A DNA stretch of 64,000 bases from assembly GCA_938028835.1 (NCBI GenBank), contig CALIMJ010000027.1:6959-70958 (forward strand). The letters run 5' to 3'. This DNA is from an uncultured bacterium. GTDB lineage: Bacteria; Sysuimicrobiota; Sysuimicrobiia; Sysuimicrobiales; Sysuimicrobiaceae. Made by a program: the position numbers and the translations under genes. The notes under the pieces are model-generated. The model made no database searches. It had not been told where the DNA came from and worked only from the letters and a program-made list of their open reading frames with translations. Shown here in pieces: positions 27,187-36,675 of this stretch. Position 1 is the stretch's first letter, and each line of letters begins with the position of its first letter.

Positions 27187-29607
27187 ATGAAGGCAAGCGG
27201 GACCAAGGCCGAGCAGGCGGAGACGGAGCTGGCCGCCCTCCGGGAGTACAAGGCTTCTTTGGGGATTCCCGCCAGCAACCAGACCCTGGAGTGCGCGTGG
27301 CGGTACCACCAGGCCATCCGGCACGCGCACGCCGGCCGGCTGCAGGAAGCCATCGCGGAGTACAAGAAGCTCATCGAGCTGGCTCCGGAGGAGCCCGTCC
27401 ACTACCTGGACCTAGCGGACCTGTACCAGTCCGGCGGCTTCATGAAGGAAGCTGCGGTGGTCCTTCTGGCGCTGGGCGAGGTGTACGAGAGGCTCGGCCT
27501 TCCCCAGGAGGCAGCCAGCGTCCTGGAGCGCGCGGAAGCCCTGGAGGCGAGGGCGGACGGGTACGCGAAACGGGCCCACGGGCCGGACGTCTCGCCGTCC
27601 GCCGGGGCGGCGCAGCCGGAGGCTACGCCCGAACCGGCTGAGGGGCAGCACGCCCAAGCCTCTCCAGTCGCGGGGGAGGGCCCGGAGCCGGAGGCCCCTC
27701 ATGCACCCCCTGAGGCTGCCGCCGCGCGCGGGCAGCTAGCCCAGGCGGAGCCCGAGGCCACCGAACTGAGCTCCGCCGAAGTTCCGGGCCGCCAGGCGGT
27801 CGAGCCGGCCGCGCCGGCTTCCGCGGGCGCCCTTCCGGTGCCGGACCCGGCGGCCTCAGCTCCCCCAGCACCTCCTTCCGGACCCCGGGCCGCGGCGCGG
27901 CCCGGCGCCCCCACCCTGGTCCGGCGGGAAGCCCTGGGCGGAATTCTGGTTCGCATGGGACTGCTGAACGAGGCACAGCTGCAGCAGGCCCTGGAGATCC
28001 AGGCCCGCACCGGCGAGCGGCTGGGCCGCATCCTGGTACGCATGGGGCTCATCTCAGAGGAGGACCTGGCCAAGGCCATCGGGGTGCAGTGGGGGTACCC
28101 GTACGTCAGCTTGAGCAGCACCCCTGTGGACCCGGAGGTGGTGCGCCTGGTGCCTCAGCACATCGCCTCCCGTCACAAGGTACTGGCCTTCGGCCGCAAC
28201 GGGGACCGGCTCCTGGTGGCCCTGGTGGATCCTTTGAACCTGCTGGCTCTGGACGACGTCCGGCTCGTCACCGGGATGGACGTGGAGGCCCGCATCACCA
28301 CCGAGGACGAGCTGATGCAGGCCGTCAACAAGTACTACCACGTGGGCTCCATCTTCGAGCAGGCCCTGGTCACGGAGGAGGAGGCGGCCGCCGAGGAGGA
28401 GGTGAGCATCGACCGGCTCCGGGAGATGGTGGACGAGGCCCCGGTGGTGAAGCTGGTCAACGTGATCCTGGACCAGGCCATCCGGGAGGGGGCCTCGGAC
28501 ATCCACATCGAGCCCCACCGCCATGGGTTGCACGTCCGCTACCGGATCGACGGGGTCCTTCACGACGTCATGTCGCCCCCCAAGAACCTCAAGGCGGCGC
28601 TGACATCCCGCATCAAGATCGTGGCGAACCTGGACATCGCGGAGCGGCGCCGGCCTCAGGATGGCCGGATCCACCTGAAGGTGGATGGCCGGGACATCGA
28701 CCTCCGCGTCTCCACCCTCCCCACCATGTTCGGGGAGAAGGTGGTGATGCGCATCCTGGACCAGTCCAACGCCCTCATCAGCCTGAACCGGCTCGGCATG
28801 GCCAGTGATGTCCAGGCCCAGTGGGAGGAGCTATCGAGCAAGCCGTACGGCATGATCCTGGTCACCGGACCCACCGGTAGCGGCAAGACCACGACGCTGT
28901 ACGCCACGTTGAGCAAGATCAACACCCTCGACAAGAACATCATCACGGTGGAGGACCCGGTGGAGTACCAGCTCCCCCGGATCAACCAGGTCCAGGTGAA
29001 CCCGAAGGCGGGGCTCACCTTCGCCACGGGCCTGCGGAGTATCCTCCGGCAGGACCCGGACGTGATCATGGTGGGGGAGATCCGCGACCGGGAGACAGCG
29101 GAGATCGCCGTGCAGGCGGCCCTCACGGGCCACCTGGTGCTCAGCACCCTGCACACCAACGACGCCCCCAGCGCCTTCACCCGCCTGATTGACATGGGCA
29201 TCGAGCCCTTCCTCATCACGTCGTCGGTGATCGGGGTCCTCGCCCAGCGATTGAGCCGGACCATCTGCCCGAAGTGCAAGGAGTCGTACCGGCCGCCCCG
29301 CGAGGCGGTGCGGCGCCTGTCGGAGGAGCTGGCGGAGGAGGAGGACCTGGTGCTGTACCGGGGTGCTGGCTGCGACTTCTGCCGCCAGACGGGGTACAAG
29401 GGCCGGACCGGGGTGTACGAGCTGCTGGTGGTGACCGACCGGATCCGGGAACGGGTGGTCCGGCGCGCCTCGGCCAACGAGATCCGGGACGTGGCCCGCT
29501 CGGAAGGCTTCCGGACCATGCGGGACGACGGGATCCGCAAGGTGCTGGAGGGGGTCACCACCATCGAGGAGATCCTGCGGGTGGTGTACGTGACGGAAGG
29601 CGCCTGA
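27187..29607 (+). CDS. pilB: Type IV pilus assembly ATPase with N-terminal TPR and MshEN domains
   Basis: ASDIHIEP, PQDGR, GPTGSGKTTT, LRQDPD, CPKC..C..C; TACAAT at 27103 upstream. Confidence 0.9.
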   Translation: MKASGTKAEQAETELAALREYKASLGIPASNQTLECAWRYHQAIRHAHAGRLQEAIAEYKKLIELAPEEPVHYLDLADLYQSGGFMKEAAVVLLALGEVYERLGLPQEAASVLERAEALEARADGYAKRAHGPDVSPSAGAAQPEATPEPAEGQHAQASPVAGEGPEPEAPHAPPEAAAARGQLAQAEPEATELSSAEVPGRQAVEPAAPASAGALPVPDPAASAPPAPPSGPRAAARPGAPTLVRREALGGILVRMGLLNEAQLQQALEIQARTGERLGRILVRMGLISEEDLAKAIGVQWGYPYVSLSSTPVDPEVVRLVPQHIASRHKVLAFGRNGDRLLVALVDPLNLLALDDVRLVTGMDVEARITTEDELMQAVNKYYHVGSIFEQALVTEEEAAAEEEVSIDRLREMVDEAPVVKLVNVILDQAIREGASDIHIEPHRHGLHVRYRIDGVLHDVMSPPKNLKAALTSRIKIVANLDIAERRRPQDGRIHLKVDGRDIDLRVSTLPTMFGEKVVMRILDQSNALISLNRLGMASDVQAQWEELSSKPYGMILVTGPTGSGKTTTLYATLSKINTLDKNIITVEDPVEYQLPRINQVQVNPKAGLTFATGLRSILRQDPDVIMVGEIRDRETAEIAVQAALTGHLVLSTLHTNDAPSAFTRLIDMGIEPFLITSSVIGVLAQRLSRTICPKCKESYRPPREAVRRLSEELAEEEDLVLYRGAGCDFCRQTGYKGRTGVYELLVVTDRIRERVVRRASANEIRDVARSEGFRTMRDDGIRKVLEGVTTIEEILRVVYVTEGA

Positions 29608-29668
29608 CCCGGGGCACCTGCCGGAGCGGGCTCAGGCGCGACTCCTTCGGGGCCGCGGGAGGTTCGAG

Positions 29669-30721
29669 GTGCAGGCGGCGGTCCTCGTGCAGTTCAGCGT
29701 CCCTTTGGAAGTGCGGGAGGTCGGGGAGCCCGTGTGCGGCCCCGCGGACGCCGTGGTGCGGGTGGAGGCGTGCGGGGTGTGCCGCAGCGACTGGCACGTG
29801 TGGCGCGGGGACTGGGGCTGGGTGGGGGTGCGGCCGAGGCTGCCGCTGGTGCTCGGGCACGAGTTCGCGGGGGTCGTGGAGGCGGTGGGGGACACGGTGG
29901 AGGGTTTCCGCCCGGGCGACCGGGTGACCGTCCCCTTCCGGATTGCCTGCGGACGGTGCGAGTTCTGCCGCAGCGGCCGGTCCAACCTGTGCCCCCGGCG
30001 CGGGGTGCTGGGGGTGGACCTGGACGGTGCGTTCGCGCGCCGGGTTCGGGTCCCCGAGGCGGAAGTCAACCTCGTAAGGCTGCCGGAAGCGGTGGACTTC
30101 GTGTCCGCGGCGAGCCTGGGGTGTCGGTACACCACCGCGTACCACGCGGTGGCCAACCGCTCCGGGGTCCGTCCGGGCGAGTGGGTGGCGGTGTTCGGAG
30201 CGGGAGGGGTGGGGCTGTCGGCGGTGCAGATCGCTTCGGCCCTGGGAGCGCAGGTGGTGGCCGTGGACGTGCGGGAAGCAAACCTCCGGCGGGCCGCGCG
30301 GGAGGGTGCGGTGGCCTGCGTGGACGCCTCCGCGGAGGATCCCGTCCGACGTGTCCGCGAGCTGGCGGACGGGGAGGGGGCGCACGTGGCGGTGGAGGCC
30401 GTGGGCCTGGCGCAGACCGTCCAGCAGGCGGTGCGCTGCGTCCGCCGCGGCGGCCGGGTGGTGCAGGTGGGCCTGACGGGCCGGGAGGATCAGGGCTCCG
30501 TGCCGATCCCCGTGGACCGGGCGGTGCTCCTGGAGCTCAGCTTGCTGGGCAGCGCGGGCTGTCCGGGCTGGGCCTTCGGAGGCCTGCTGGCCCTGGTGGC
30601 CTCGGGGCGGCTGTCACCCGCGCGCCTGGTGGCGCGCACGATCCGCCTGGAGGAAGTCAACGACGTGCTGGAGGCCATGAGCCGGTTCGAGACGTCGGGC
30701 TTCCACGTGATCACCTGGTAA
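29669..30721 (+). CDS. Zinc-dependent alcohol dehydrogenase
   Basis: CGVCRSD.H, GHE, CGRCEFC..G..N.C, GAGGVG. Confidence 0.9.
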   Translation: MQAAVLVQFSVPLEVREVGEPVCGPADAVVRVEACGVCRSDWHVWRGDWGWVGVRPRLPLVLGHEFAGVVEAVGDTVEGFRPGDRVTVPFRIACGRCEFCRSGRSNLCPRRGVLGVDLDGAFARRVRVPEAEVNLVRLPEAVDFVSAASLGCRYTTAYHAVANRSGVRPGEWVAVFGAGGVGLSAVQIASALGAQVVAVDVREANLRRAAREGAVACVDASAEDPVRRVRELADGEGAHVAVEAVGLAQTVQQAVRCVRRGGRVVQVGLTGREDQGSVPIPVDRAVLLELSLLGSAGCPGWAFGGLLALVASGRLSPARLVARTIRLEEVNDVLEAMSRFETSGFHVITW

Positions 30722-30729
30722 GGGACGGC

Positions 30730-31869
30730 GTGGGCAGTCGCCTCGTGCTGGCGGCGGGCGTGGTGGTGGCTCCGGACCGGAACCTGGTACCGGGCTACGT
30801 GGTGGTGGAGGGCGAGCTCATCGCGGAGGTGGGAGAGGGCACGCCACGTGGCGCGGACCGGGAGTTCCGCCATGGGGTGCTGGCCCCTGGCCTCGTGGAC
30901 CTGCAGGTGAACGGGGCCGCCGGCGCGGACTTCCTCTCGTGCACGCCCGAACAGTTCGCCGCGGCACGGCGGTACTTGGCGTCCACAGGCACCACCAGCT
31001 TCCTGCCAACCCTGATCACCGCGCCCGTGGAGGTGGCGCGGGCGGCTGCGCGGGTCGTGGCCTCGGGTGCGGGAGCCGGGGCCCAGCCGGTAGGGGTCCA
31101 CCTGGAGGGGCCGGCCCTCAGCCCGAACCGGGCCGGGGCGCACGACCCGCGGTGGATCGTGGCCCCGGGCGATCCGCGGGTGAGGCAACTGGTGGCTGAC
31201 CTGGGGGACCTTGTGCGGGTCGTCACCCTGGCTCCGGAACAGCCGGGCGGGCTGGAGCTGGTGGGCTGGCTCGCGAGCGCGGGGGTCGTGGCGTCGGTGG
31301 GTCACTCGGACGCCACCTACCAGCAGGCCCGGCAGGCCTTCGAGGCTGGTGCCGGGATGGTCACCCACCTTTTCAACGCCATGCGGGGTCTGCACCACCG
31401 GGAGCCAGGAGTCGTGGGCGCCGCTCTGGAGGAAGGCTCCTGGGTGTGCGGGTTGGTGGCGGACGGGGTGCACGTGCACCCGGCGGCATTCCGCCTGGCC
31501 TACCGGGTGCTGGGGCCGGAACGGGTGGCCCTGGTGACCGACGCCATGGCCGCCGCAGGGGCTCCGCCGGGTCGGTACCGCCTGGGCGGAGCCGTGGCGA
31601 CTGCCCCAGCCGGTGAGGCTCCGCGCCTGGCGGACGGGACCCTGGCGGGCAGCGTCCTGCGGATGGACGAAGCGGTACGCAACGCGATCCGGTGGGGCGT
31701 ACCCTTGCGAGACGCCGTCCGCATGGCCAGCACCACTCCCGCGCGGGTTTTGGGTCTCGAGGATCGCGGGCTGCTACGGCCGGGTCTGCGGGCGGACCTG
31801 TGCGTGCTGGTGGAGGGCCGGGCGGCCTTCACGGTGGTGGCGGGGGAGGTGGTGTGGGACCGGGTTTGA
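30730..31869 (+). CDS. nagA: N-acetylglucosamine-6-phosphate deacetylase
   Basis: PG.VDLQVNG, HLEGP, LAPE, GHS, THLFNAM, VTDAM, LAGS. Confidence 0.9.
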   Translation: MGSRLVLAAGVVVAPDRNLVPGYVVVEGELIAEVGEGTPRGADREFRHGVLAPGLVDLQVNGAAGADFLSCTPEQFAAARRYLASTGTTSFLPTLITAPVEVARAAARVVASGAGAGAQPVGVHLEGPALSPNRAGAHDPRWIVAPGDPRVRQLVADLGDLVRVVTLAPEQPGGLELVGWLASAGVVASVGHSDATYQQARQAFEAGAGMVTHLFNAMRGLHHREPGVVGAALEEGSWVCGLVADGVHVHPAAFRLAYRVLGPERVALVTDAMAAAGAPPGRYRLGGAVATAPAGEAPRLADGTLAGSVLRMDEAVRNAIRWGVPLRDAVRMASTTPARVLGLEDRGLLRPGLRADLCVLVEGRAAFTVVAGEVVWDRV

Positions 31870-31912
31870 AGGGCGGCACGGAACTTGCTTTGGGTACCCG
31901 CGGAGGTGCGAG

Positions 31913-32716
31913 GTGGCGGAGGCCCGGGTCGTGGTGGTGGGGGTAGAGGCATCTGGCCTGGTGGTGGCCAGCTGCCTGGCCGGTCCCAGCCGTCACGTCC
32001 TGGCGGTGGAGCCCGACCGCGCCCGACGCGCGGCGCTGCGCCGGGGTTGCCTGCCGTTCTTCGAACCCGGGTTGGAGCCGCTGTTCCGGGAAGCCCTGGG
32101 CTGCGGGTGGCTGGAGCTGGCGGAGGATCCGCCTTCAGACGCAGCCCTGTGGTGCGTGGCCACGGACCCACGGCGGCAGCCGTGGGCGGACAACCTCGTG
32201 AGTCGACCGGCGCCGGACAGCGTCCTGGCCCTTCAGACCCCCGTACCTGTGGGGACTGCCCAGTGGCTTCAGCACCGGCTGCGGGAGCGTCGGGGCGAAG
32301 GCTTTCCCGCAGGCGTGGTCTCCAACCCCCTGCTGCTCCGCCGGGGCCAGGCGGTGCGGGACTTCCTGCGGCCCCGGTGGGTGCTGCTGGGCGGAGACCA
32401 TCGCTGCGCCGTGGACGCGGTGGCGGAGTTGTACCGCGGAACCGGGGCGCTGCTGGTGCGGACCGACCACCGCACCGCGGAGGCCGCGGCGCAGCTGGCG
32501 GACGCGCTGCCCGGCGTCTTCGCTTCCCTGCTGGACGCCGCCCGGGAACGCGCGGAGGCCTGGGGAGCGGACTTCGAGCTGTTGAGGCGGCTGGTGCTCT
32601 CGGAGGCAGTGGACGGAGCGTTCCGGCGGTACGTGCACGGCCTCGCGCACCGGCCGGCTCACCCGCGTGACCGCGCGCTGATCGGTGACGGAGCCGTCCC
32701 GTCGGGTGCGCCCTGA
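31913..32716 (+). CDS. Degenerate UDP-glucose/GDP-mannose dehydrogenase-like protein
   Basis: PFFEPGL, TPVPVGT, VSNP..LR.G.AV.DF..P match the family N-domain; no GxGxxG and no C-terminal domain. Confidence 0.6.
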   Translation: MAEARVVVVGVEASGLVVASCLAGPSRHVLAVEPDRARRAALRRGCLPFFEPGLEPLFREALGCGWLELAEDPPSDAALWCVATDPRRQPWADNLVSRPAPDSVLALQTPVPVGTAQWLQHRLRERRGEGFPAGVVSNPLLLRRGQAVRDFLRPRWVLLGGDHRCAVDAVAELYRGTGALLVRTDHRTAEAAAQLADALPGVFASLLDAARERAEAWGADFELLRRLVLSEAVDGAFRRYVHGLAHRPAHPRDRALIGDGAVPSGAP

Positions 32717-32842
32717 CCCCGGAGGGCCGTCAGGGATGTGGGCTTGGGGGGTACCCTCGGACGCACACCGGGTGGAAGCGCGCCGCGCGGACCTCGGGGG
32801 GTAGGGTCCGCACGCGCGCGCTTCCCGCCCGGTGCCCTCTGC

Positions 32843-32878
32843 AGAACAGAAGGCCCGTGCGCACCGCGCGAACGGGCC
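32843..32878 (-). terminator. Intrinsic terminator-like expression platform of the riboswitch
   Basis: Minus strand GGCCCGT-TCGCGCGGTGCGC-ACGGGCC followed by TTCTGTT. Confidence 0.55.
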
Positions 32879-32890
32879 CAAAAACGAAAC

Positions 32891-32982
32891 CACCGTTTTC
32901 GGCAACCCGGCCGACCTGTTCCTCACAGGCCCCGTTGGCTTTGCGTCCCCGCGTTACCGCGGGTTTGCCCTTTCGAACGGTG
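32891..32982 (-). ncRNA. c-di-GMP-I (GEMM) riboswitch
   Basis: Minus strand CACCGTT-CGAAA-GGGCAAACCCGCG-GTAA-CGCGGGGACGCAAAGCC...GGGTTGCCGAA-AACGGTG; P1, P2 with GNRA loop, P3 present. Confidence 0.9.
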
Positions 32983-33004
32983 CGCGGTTCAGTTTTGTAC
33001 GCGC

Positions 33005-33033
33005 AAGATAGCGCCGGCCCACCCGGTTGTCAA
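33005..33033 (-). promoter_or_regulatory. Near-consensus sigma70 promoter upstream of the riboswitch
   Basis: TTGACA-17 bp-TATCTT on the minus strand. Confidence 0.75.
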
Positions 33034-33068
33034 TCCCCCGACCGGACGAAATTCCACAAAGGACCGCG

Positions 33069-33097
33069 TTGCATCCGCGGAGCGGTCCATCTAGTCT
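33069..33097 (+). promoter_or_regulatory. Putative promoter of the DNA ligase gene
   Basis: TTGCAT-17 bp-TAGTCT. Confidence 0.5.
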
Positions 33098-33120
33098 GGA
33101 GGCGCCGCAGGAGGTGGGCG

Positions 33121-34761
33121 TTGGCGCGTTGGGCGGAGTTCGCGGCCACCCTGGACGCAGTGTCCCGTACGCCGTCGAAACGGGAGAAGGTCACCCTGCT
33201 GGCGGCGTACCTGCGCCGGCTCCCGGAGGACGCGCTGCGGGTCGCGTGTACGTACCTGACCGGTCGCGTGCTGCCGCCCGGGGATCCCGACAAACTGCAG
33301 ATCGGCTGGTCCACCCTCGTGGAGGTGCTGCAGGAGCTGTCCGGGGCTACGGATCGGGAGGTCTCGGAGCTGTACCTGCGCTGGGGCGACCTAGGAGACG
33401 CAGCCGCGGAGCTGGTGGCCCGGCGGCGCACCGTCCCCCTGTTCCGCGAGCCCCTGACCCTGGAGGCTACCCACGCGCAGCTGCGGCGCGCAGCGGCCGT
33501 GCGCGGGAAGGGAGCTGCGGAGTTCCGGGCGGCGGTCCTGCGGGCCCTCCTGGAGCAGGCGCAGCCCATGGAGGCGAAGTACCTGGTCCGGGTGCTCACC
33601 GGGGACCTGCGGATCGGTCTGAAGGAAGGGTTGCTGCAGGAGGCGGTGGCGGAGGCGTTCAGCGCTCGGCCGGCAGCGGTGCGCCGCGCGGACCTGCTGT
33701 GTTCGGACCTCGCAGAGGTGGCGTGTCAGGCGCGCCGGGGCGAGCTGGCCGCTAGCTCCCTGCGCTACTTCCGCCCCTTCCGCTTCATGCTGGCCGGCAC
33801 CCTCGCCGACCCCGCGGAGCCTTTCCGGGGGGGCTCACAGGAGGTGCTGGCGGAGGACAAGTACGACGGGGTGCGCGTGCAGGTGCATCGGCTGGGCGAC
33901 CGGGTCACGCTGTACTCGCGCACCCTGGACGACGTGACGGACAGCTTCCCGGAGCTCCGACAGCCTCTGCTGCAGCTCGGCCCCGCGTACATCGCGGACG
34001 GCGAGCTGGTGGCCTGGGCCGGACAGCAGCCGGCCCCGTTCCAACGGTTGCAGCAGCGCCTGCGCCGGCTCGATCCCCTCGAGGTGGCGGAGCAGGTCCC
34101 CGTGGTCCTGTTCCTGTTCGACCTGTTGAGGGTGGAAGGGCAGGATCTGGTGGACCTCCCCCTGGTCGAGCGCCGGCAGCGCCTCGAGTCCCTGGGCTTC
34201 TCCGGACCGGTCCGCCTGGCGAATGCCCGGCCCGTGCGGGACGTGGCCTCCCTGCGGGAGGCCTTCCAGGCTGCCCGGGAACGTGGCAACGAGGGCCTGG
34301 TGGTGAAACGCCTGGACGCGCCGTACCGGCCGGGGCGGCGGGGCGGGCTGTGGTTGAAGTGGAAGGAGCCGCTGGCGACCCTGGACGTGGTGGTGGTAGG
34401 TGCGGAGTACGGCCACGGCAAACGGGCGGGGTGGCTGAGCGACTACACCTTCGCCGTCCGGGACGGCGACCGCCTGCGCGTGGTGGGCAAGGCCTACTCC
34501 GGCCTGCAGGACGCGGAGATCGCGCAGCTCACGGAGTTCTTCCTCCGCCACACGGTGAGGGACTTCGGGCACTTCAAGGCGGTGGAGCCGAAGGTGGTGC
34601 TGGAGGTGGCGTTCGACGCGGTGACGCGCAGCGACCGGCACGACTCCGGCTACGCGCTGCGGTTTCCCCGTATCGTCCGGGTGCGCGCCGACAAGACGCC
34701 GCAGGAGGCCAGCACCCTGGAAGAGGTGGAGGCCCTGTACCGCCAGCAGCGGCAGGGTTAG
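33121..34761 (+). CDS. ATP-dependent DNA ligase (LigB/archaeal-like)
   Basis: EDKYDG.R, DGE, FDLL, EGLVVK, WLKWK, LRFPR..R.DK; TTG start after AGGAGG. Confidence 0.92.
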   Translation: MARWAEFAATLDAVSRTPSKREKVTLLAAYLRRLPEDALRVACTYLTGRVLPPGDPDKLQIGWSTLVEVLQELSGATDREVSELYLRWGDLGDAAAELVARRRTVPLFREPLTLEATHAQLRRAAAVRGKGAAEFRAAVLRALLEQAQPMEAKYLVRVLTGDLRIGLKEGLLQEAVAEAFSARPAAVRRADLLCSDLAEVACQARRGELAASSLRYFRPFRFMLAGTLADPAEPFRGGSQEVLAEDKYDGVRVQVHRLGDRVTLYSRTLDDVTDSFPELRQPLLQLGPAYIADGELVAWAGQQPAPFQRLQQRLRRLDPLEVAEQVPVVLFLFDLLRVEGQDLVDLPLVERRQRLESLGFSGPVRLANARPVRDVASLREAFQAARERGNEGLVVKRLDAPYRPGRRGGLWLKWKEPLATLDVVVVGAEYGHGKRAGWLSDYTFAVRDGDRLRVVGKAYSGLQDAEIAQLTEFFLRHTVRDFGHFKAVEPKVVLEVAFDAVTRSDRHDSGYALRFPRIVRVRADKTPQEASTLEEVEALYRQQRQG

Positions 34762-34861
34762 ACGGGTCGAAGGGGCCGGTCGTCCTCCCGGTCGGCTGCT
34801 CCACGCACACGGCGCGCGGTGGTGTCTTTCGCGGCAGCGCGCGGGTGGGGTACCGTAGGGG

Positions 34862-36169
34862 GTGGAGGTCCTGGTGGTCTACCGGCTGCTCCTCCTACTG
34901 CTCCTCGTCCTCGGGTCCGGCCTGGGTCTGGCCGCCCCGCAGGGGCCCGTGGTGTACCGGATCCGGGTGGAGGGGGTCATCTCCCCCGCCTCCGCCATGT
35001 ACATCAGCCGCGGGATCCGGGAGGCGCACGCCGCGGGAGCGGTGGCCCTGGTGGTGGAGCTCGACACCCCGGGCGGCCTGTTGAAGTCCACGGACGACAT
35101 CACCAAGGCGATCCTGGCCTCACCCGTCCCGGTGATCGTGTACGTGGCGCCCCCCGGTGCCCGTGCAGCCTCCGCGGGGGTGTTCCTGGTGTACGCGGCG
35201 CACGTGGCGGCCATGGCGCCCACCACCAACCTGGGGGCGGCCACCCCGGTGGCCGTGGGCGGCGGAGAGCAGGAGACGGAGAGCCAGAGGACCATGATCC
35301 GCAAGGCCACCGAGGACGCGGTGGCCAAGATCCGCACCCTCGCCCGCCGACGCGGGAGGAACGCGGAGTGGGGCGAGCGGGCCGTACGCCAGGCGGCGGC
35401 GCTGCCCAGCGAGGAGGCGGTGCGGATGGACGTGGTGGACCTGCTGGCCGCGGACGTGCACGAGTTGCTGGCCCGGGTGGACGGGCGCACGGTGGAGGTC
35501 CTGGGCGGGCCTCGGGTGCTGCGGACCCGAGGCGCCCGGGTGGTAGACCTGGACATGGACCTCCGGGAGCGGTTCCTGGACCTGCTGGCGGAGCCCAACG
35601 TGGGCCTGATCCTCATGACGGTGGCCATCTACGGCATCCTGTTCGAGCTGAACAATCCGGGAGCGGTGGTGCCGGGGGTGGTGGGGGCCATCGCCCTCAT
35701 CCTCGCGCTGGCGTCGTTCGCCATCCTGCAGGTGAACTACGCAGGCCTGGCGCTCATCGCCCTCGGGATCGCCCTGCTCATGGCGGAGCTGTTCGTCCCG
35801 GGGTTCGGTGTGCTGGGGGTGGGCGGCATCGTGGCGTTCATCCTCGGCGGTATCTTGCTGACCAGCAACCAGGAGCCGTACCTCCGGGCGTCGGTGCCCC
35901 TGGTGGTGGCCCTGGGACTGATGACCGGAGGCTTCTTCCTCTTTGCCCTGGGGGCGGCGGTCCGGGCGCAGCGCAGGCAGCCCGTGTCGGGCCGGGAGGC
36001 TTTGGTGGGGCGTGTGGGCGTGGCGAAGACCGACCTGGACGGACAGGGTCTGGTCCTGGTAGCGGGGGAGGACTGGACCGCGGAGTCGGACGAGCCGGTG
36101 CGGGCGGGCGAGCGCGTGCGGGTGGTGGGGGTCGAGGGGCTGCGGCTGCGGGTCCGCAGGGAGGGATGA
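34862..36169 (+). CDS. NfeD-family membrane serine protease
   Basis: LDTPGG, AASAG, GAATPV, TM region, C-terminal GEDW.A OB fold. Confidence 0.9.
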   Translation: MEVLVVYRLLLLLLLVLGSGLGLAAPQGPVVYRIRVEGVISPASAMYISRGIREAHAAGAVALVVELDTPGGLLKSTDDITKAILASPVPVIVYVAPPGARAASAGVFLVYAAHVAAMAPTTNLGAATPVAVGGGEQETESQRTMIRKATEDAVAKIRTLARRRGRNAEWGERAVRQAAALPSEEAVRMDVVDLLAADVHELLARVDGRTVEVLGGPRVLRTRGARVVDLDMDLRERFLDLLAEPNVGLILMTVAIYGILFELNNPGAVVPGVVGAIALILALASFAILQVNYAGLALIALGIALLMAELFVPGFGVLGVGGIVAFILGGILLTSNQEPYLRASVPLVVALGLMTGGFFLFALGAAVRAQRRQPVSGREALVGRVGVAKTDLDGQGLVLVAGEDWTAESDEPVRAGERVRVVGVEGLRLRVRREG

Positions 36170-36675
36170 AGCCCGCGGAGGCGGCCGCGGGCCGCCAGTG
36201 GACCAGTTCCAGCGAGGCCCGGACCCGCGGCCTGGGCGAGGCCCTCGGGCAGGTGCTGCGGCCGGGCGACGTGGTAGCGTTGGTGGGCGAGCTGGGCGCC
36301 GGAAAGACCACCTTCGTGCAGGGCGTGGCCCGGGGGTTGGGAGTGTCGGGCTACGTGGCCAGCCCGACCTTCACCCTCGTGCGAGAGTACCGCGGCAGGG
36401 TGTACCTCTACCACGTGGACCTGTTCCGGATCGGGCCGGAGGACCTGGACGGTATCGGGTTCGACGAGCTGATGGAGTCCAAAGCCGCGGTGGTGGTGGA
36501 GTGGGCGGATCGCGCATCCGACCGCCTGCCCGCGGACTGCCTCTGGGTTTACATCCACGGGACCGGCTCCCAGGTCCGCAGCCTTCACGTGCGGGCTACG
36601 GGAAGCTCCAGCTCCCAGCTGCTCCGGCTGTGGGAACGGGAGGCGGAGGCCGAACGTGCGGGTGTTGGGGGTTGA
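36166..36675 (+). CDS. tsaE: t6A ATPase TsaE
   Basis: GELGAGKTT, SPTF, HVDL.R, VEW. Confidence 0.92.
   Translation: MKPAEAAAGRQWTSSSEARTRGLGEALGQVLRPGDVVALVGELGAGKTTFVQGVARGLGVSGYVASPTFTLVREYRGRVYLYHVDLFRIGPEDLDGIGFDELMESKAAVVVEWADRASDRLPADCLWVYIHGTGSQVRSLHVRATGSSSSQLLRLWEREAEAERAGVGG

Noticed and set aside
32135-32926. 263-aa minus ORF as the riboswitch target gene
   Set aside because: Starts inside the aptamer, runs through the terminator and is antisense to the ugd-like gene; looks like a GC-rich shadow ORF
32891-32982. 3',3'-cGAMP (GEMM-Ib) variant riboswitch
   Set aside because: The position equivalent to Vc2 G20 appears to be G (AGGGCAAACC), favouring c-di-GMP
33121-34761. NHEJ system
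   Set aside because: Stand-alone ligase with no Ku, polymerase or phosphoesterase domains in the window
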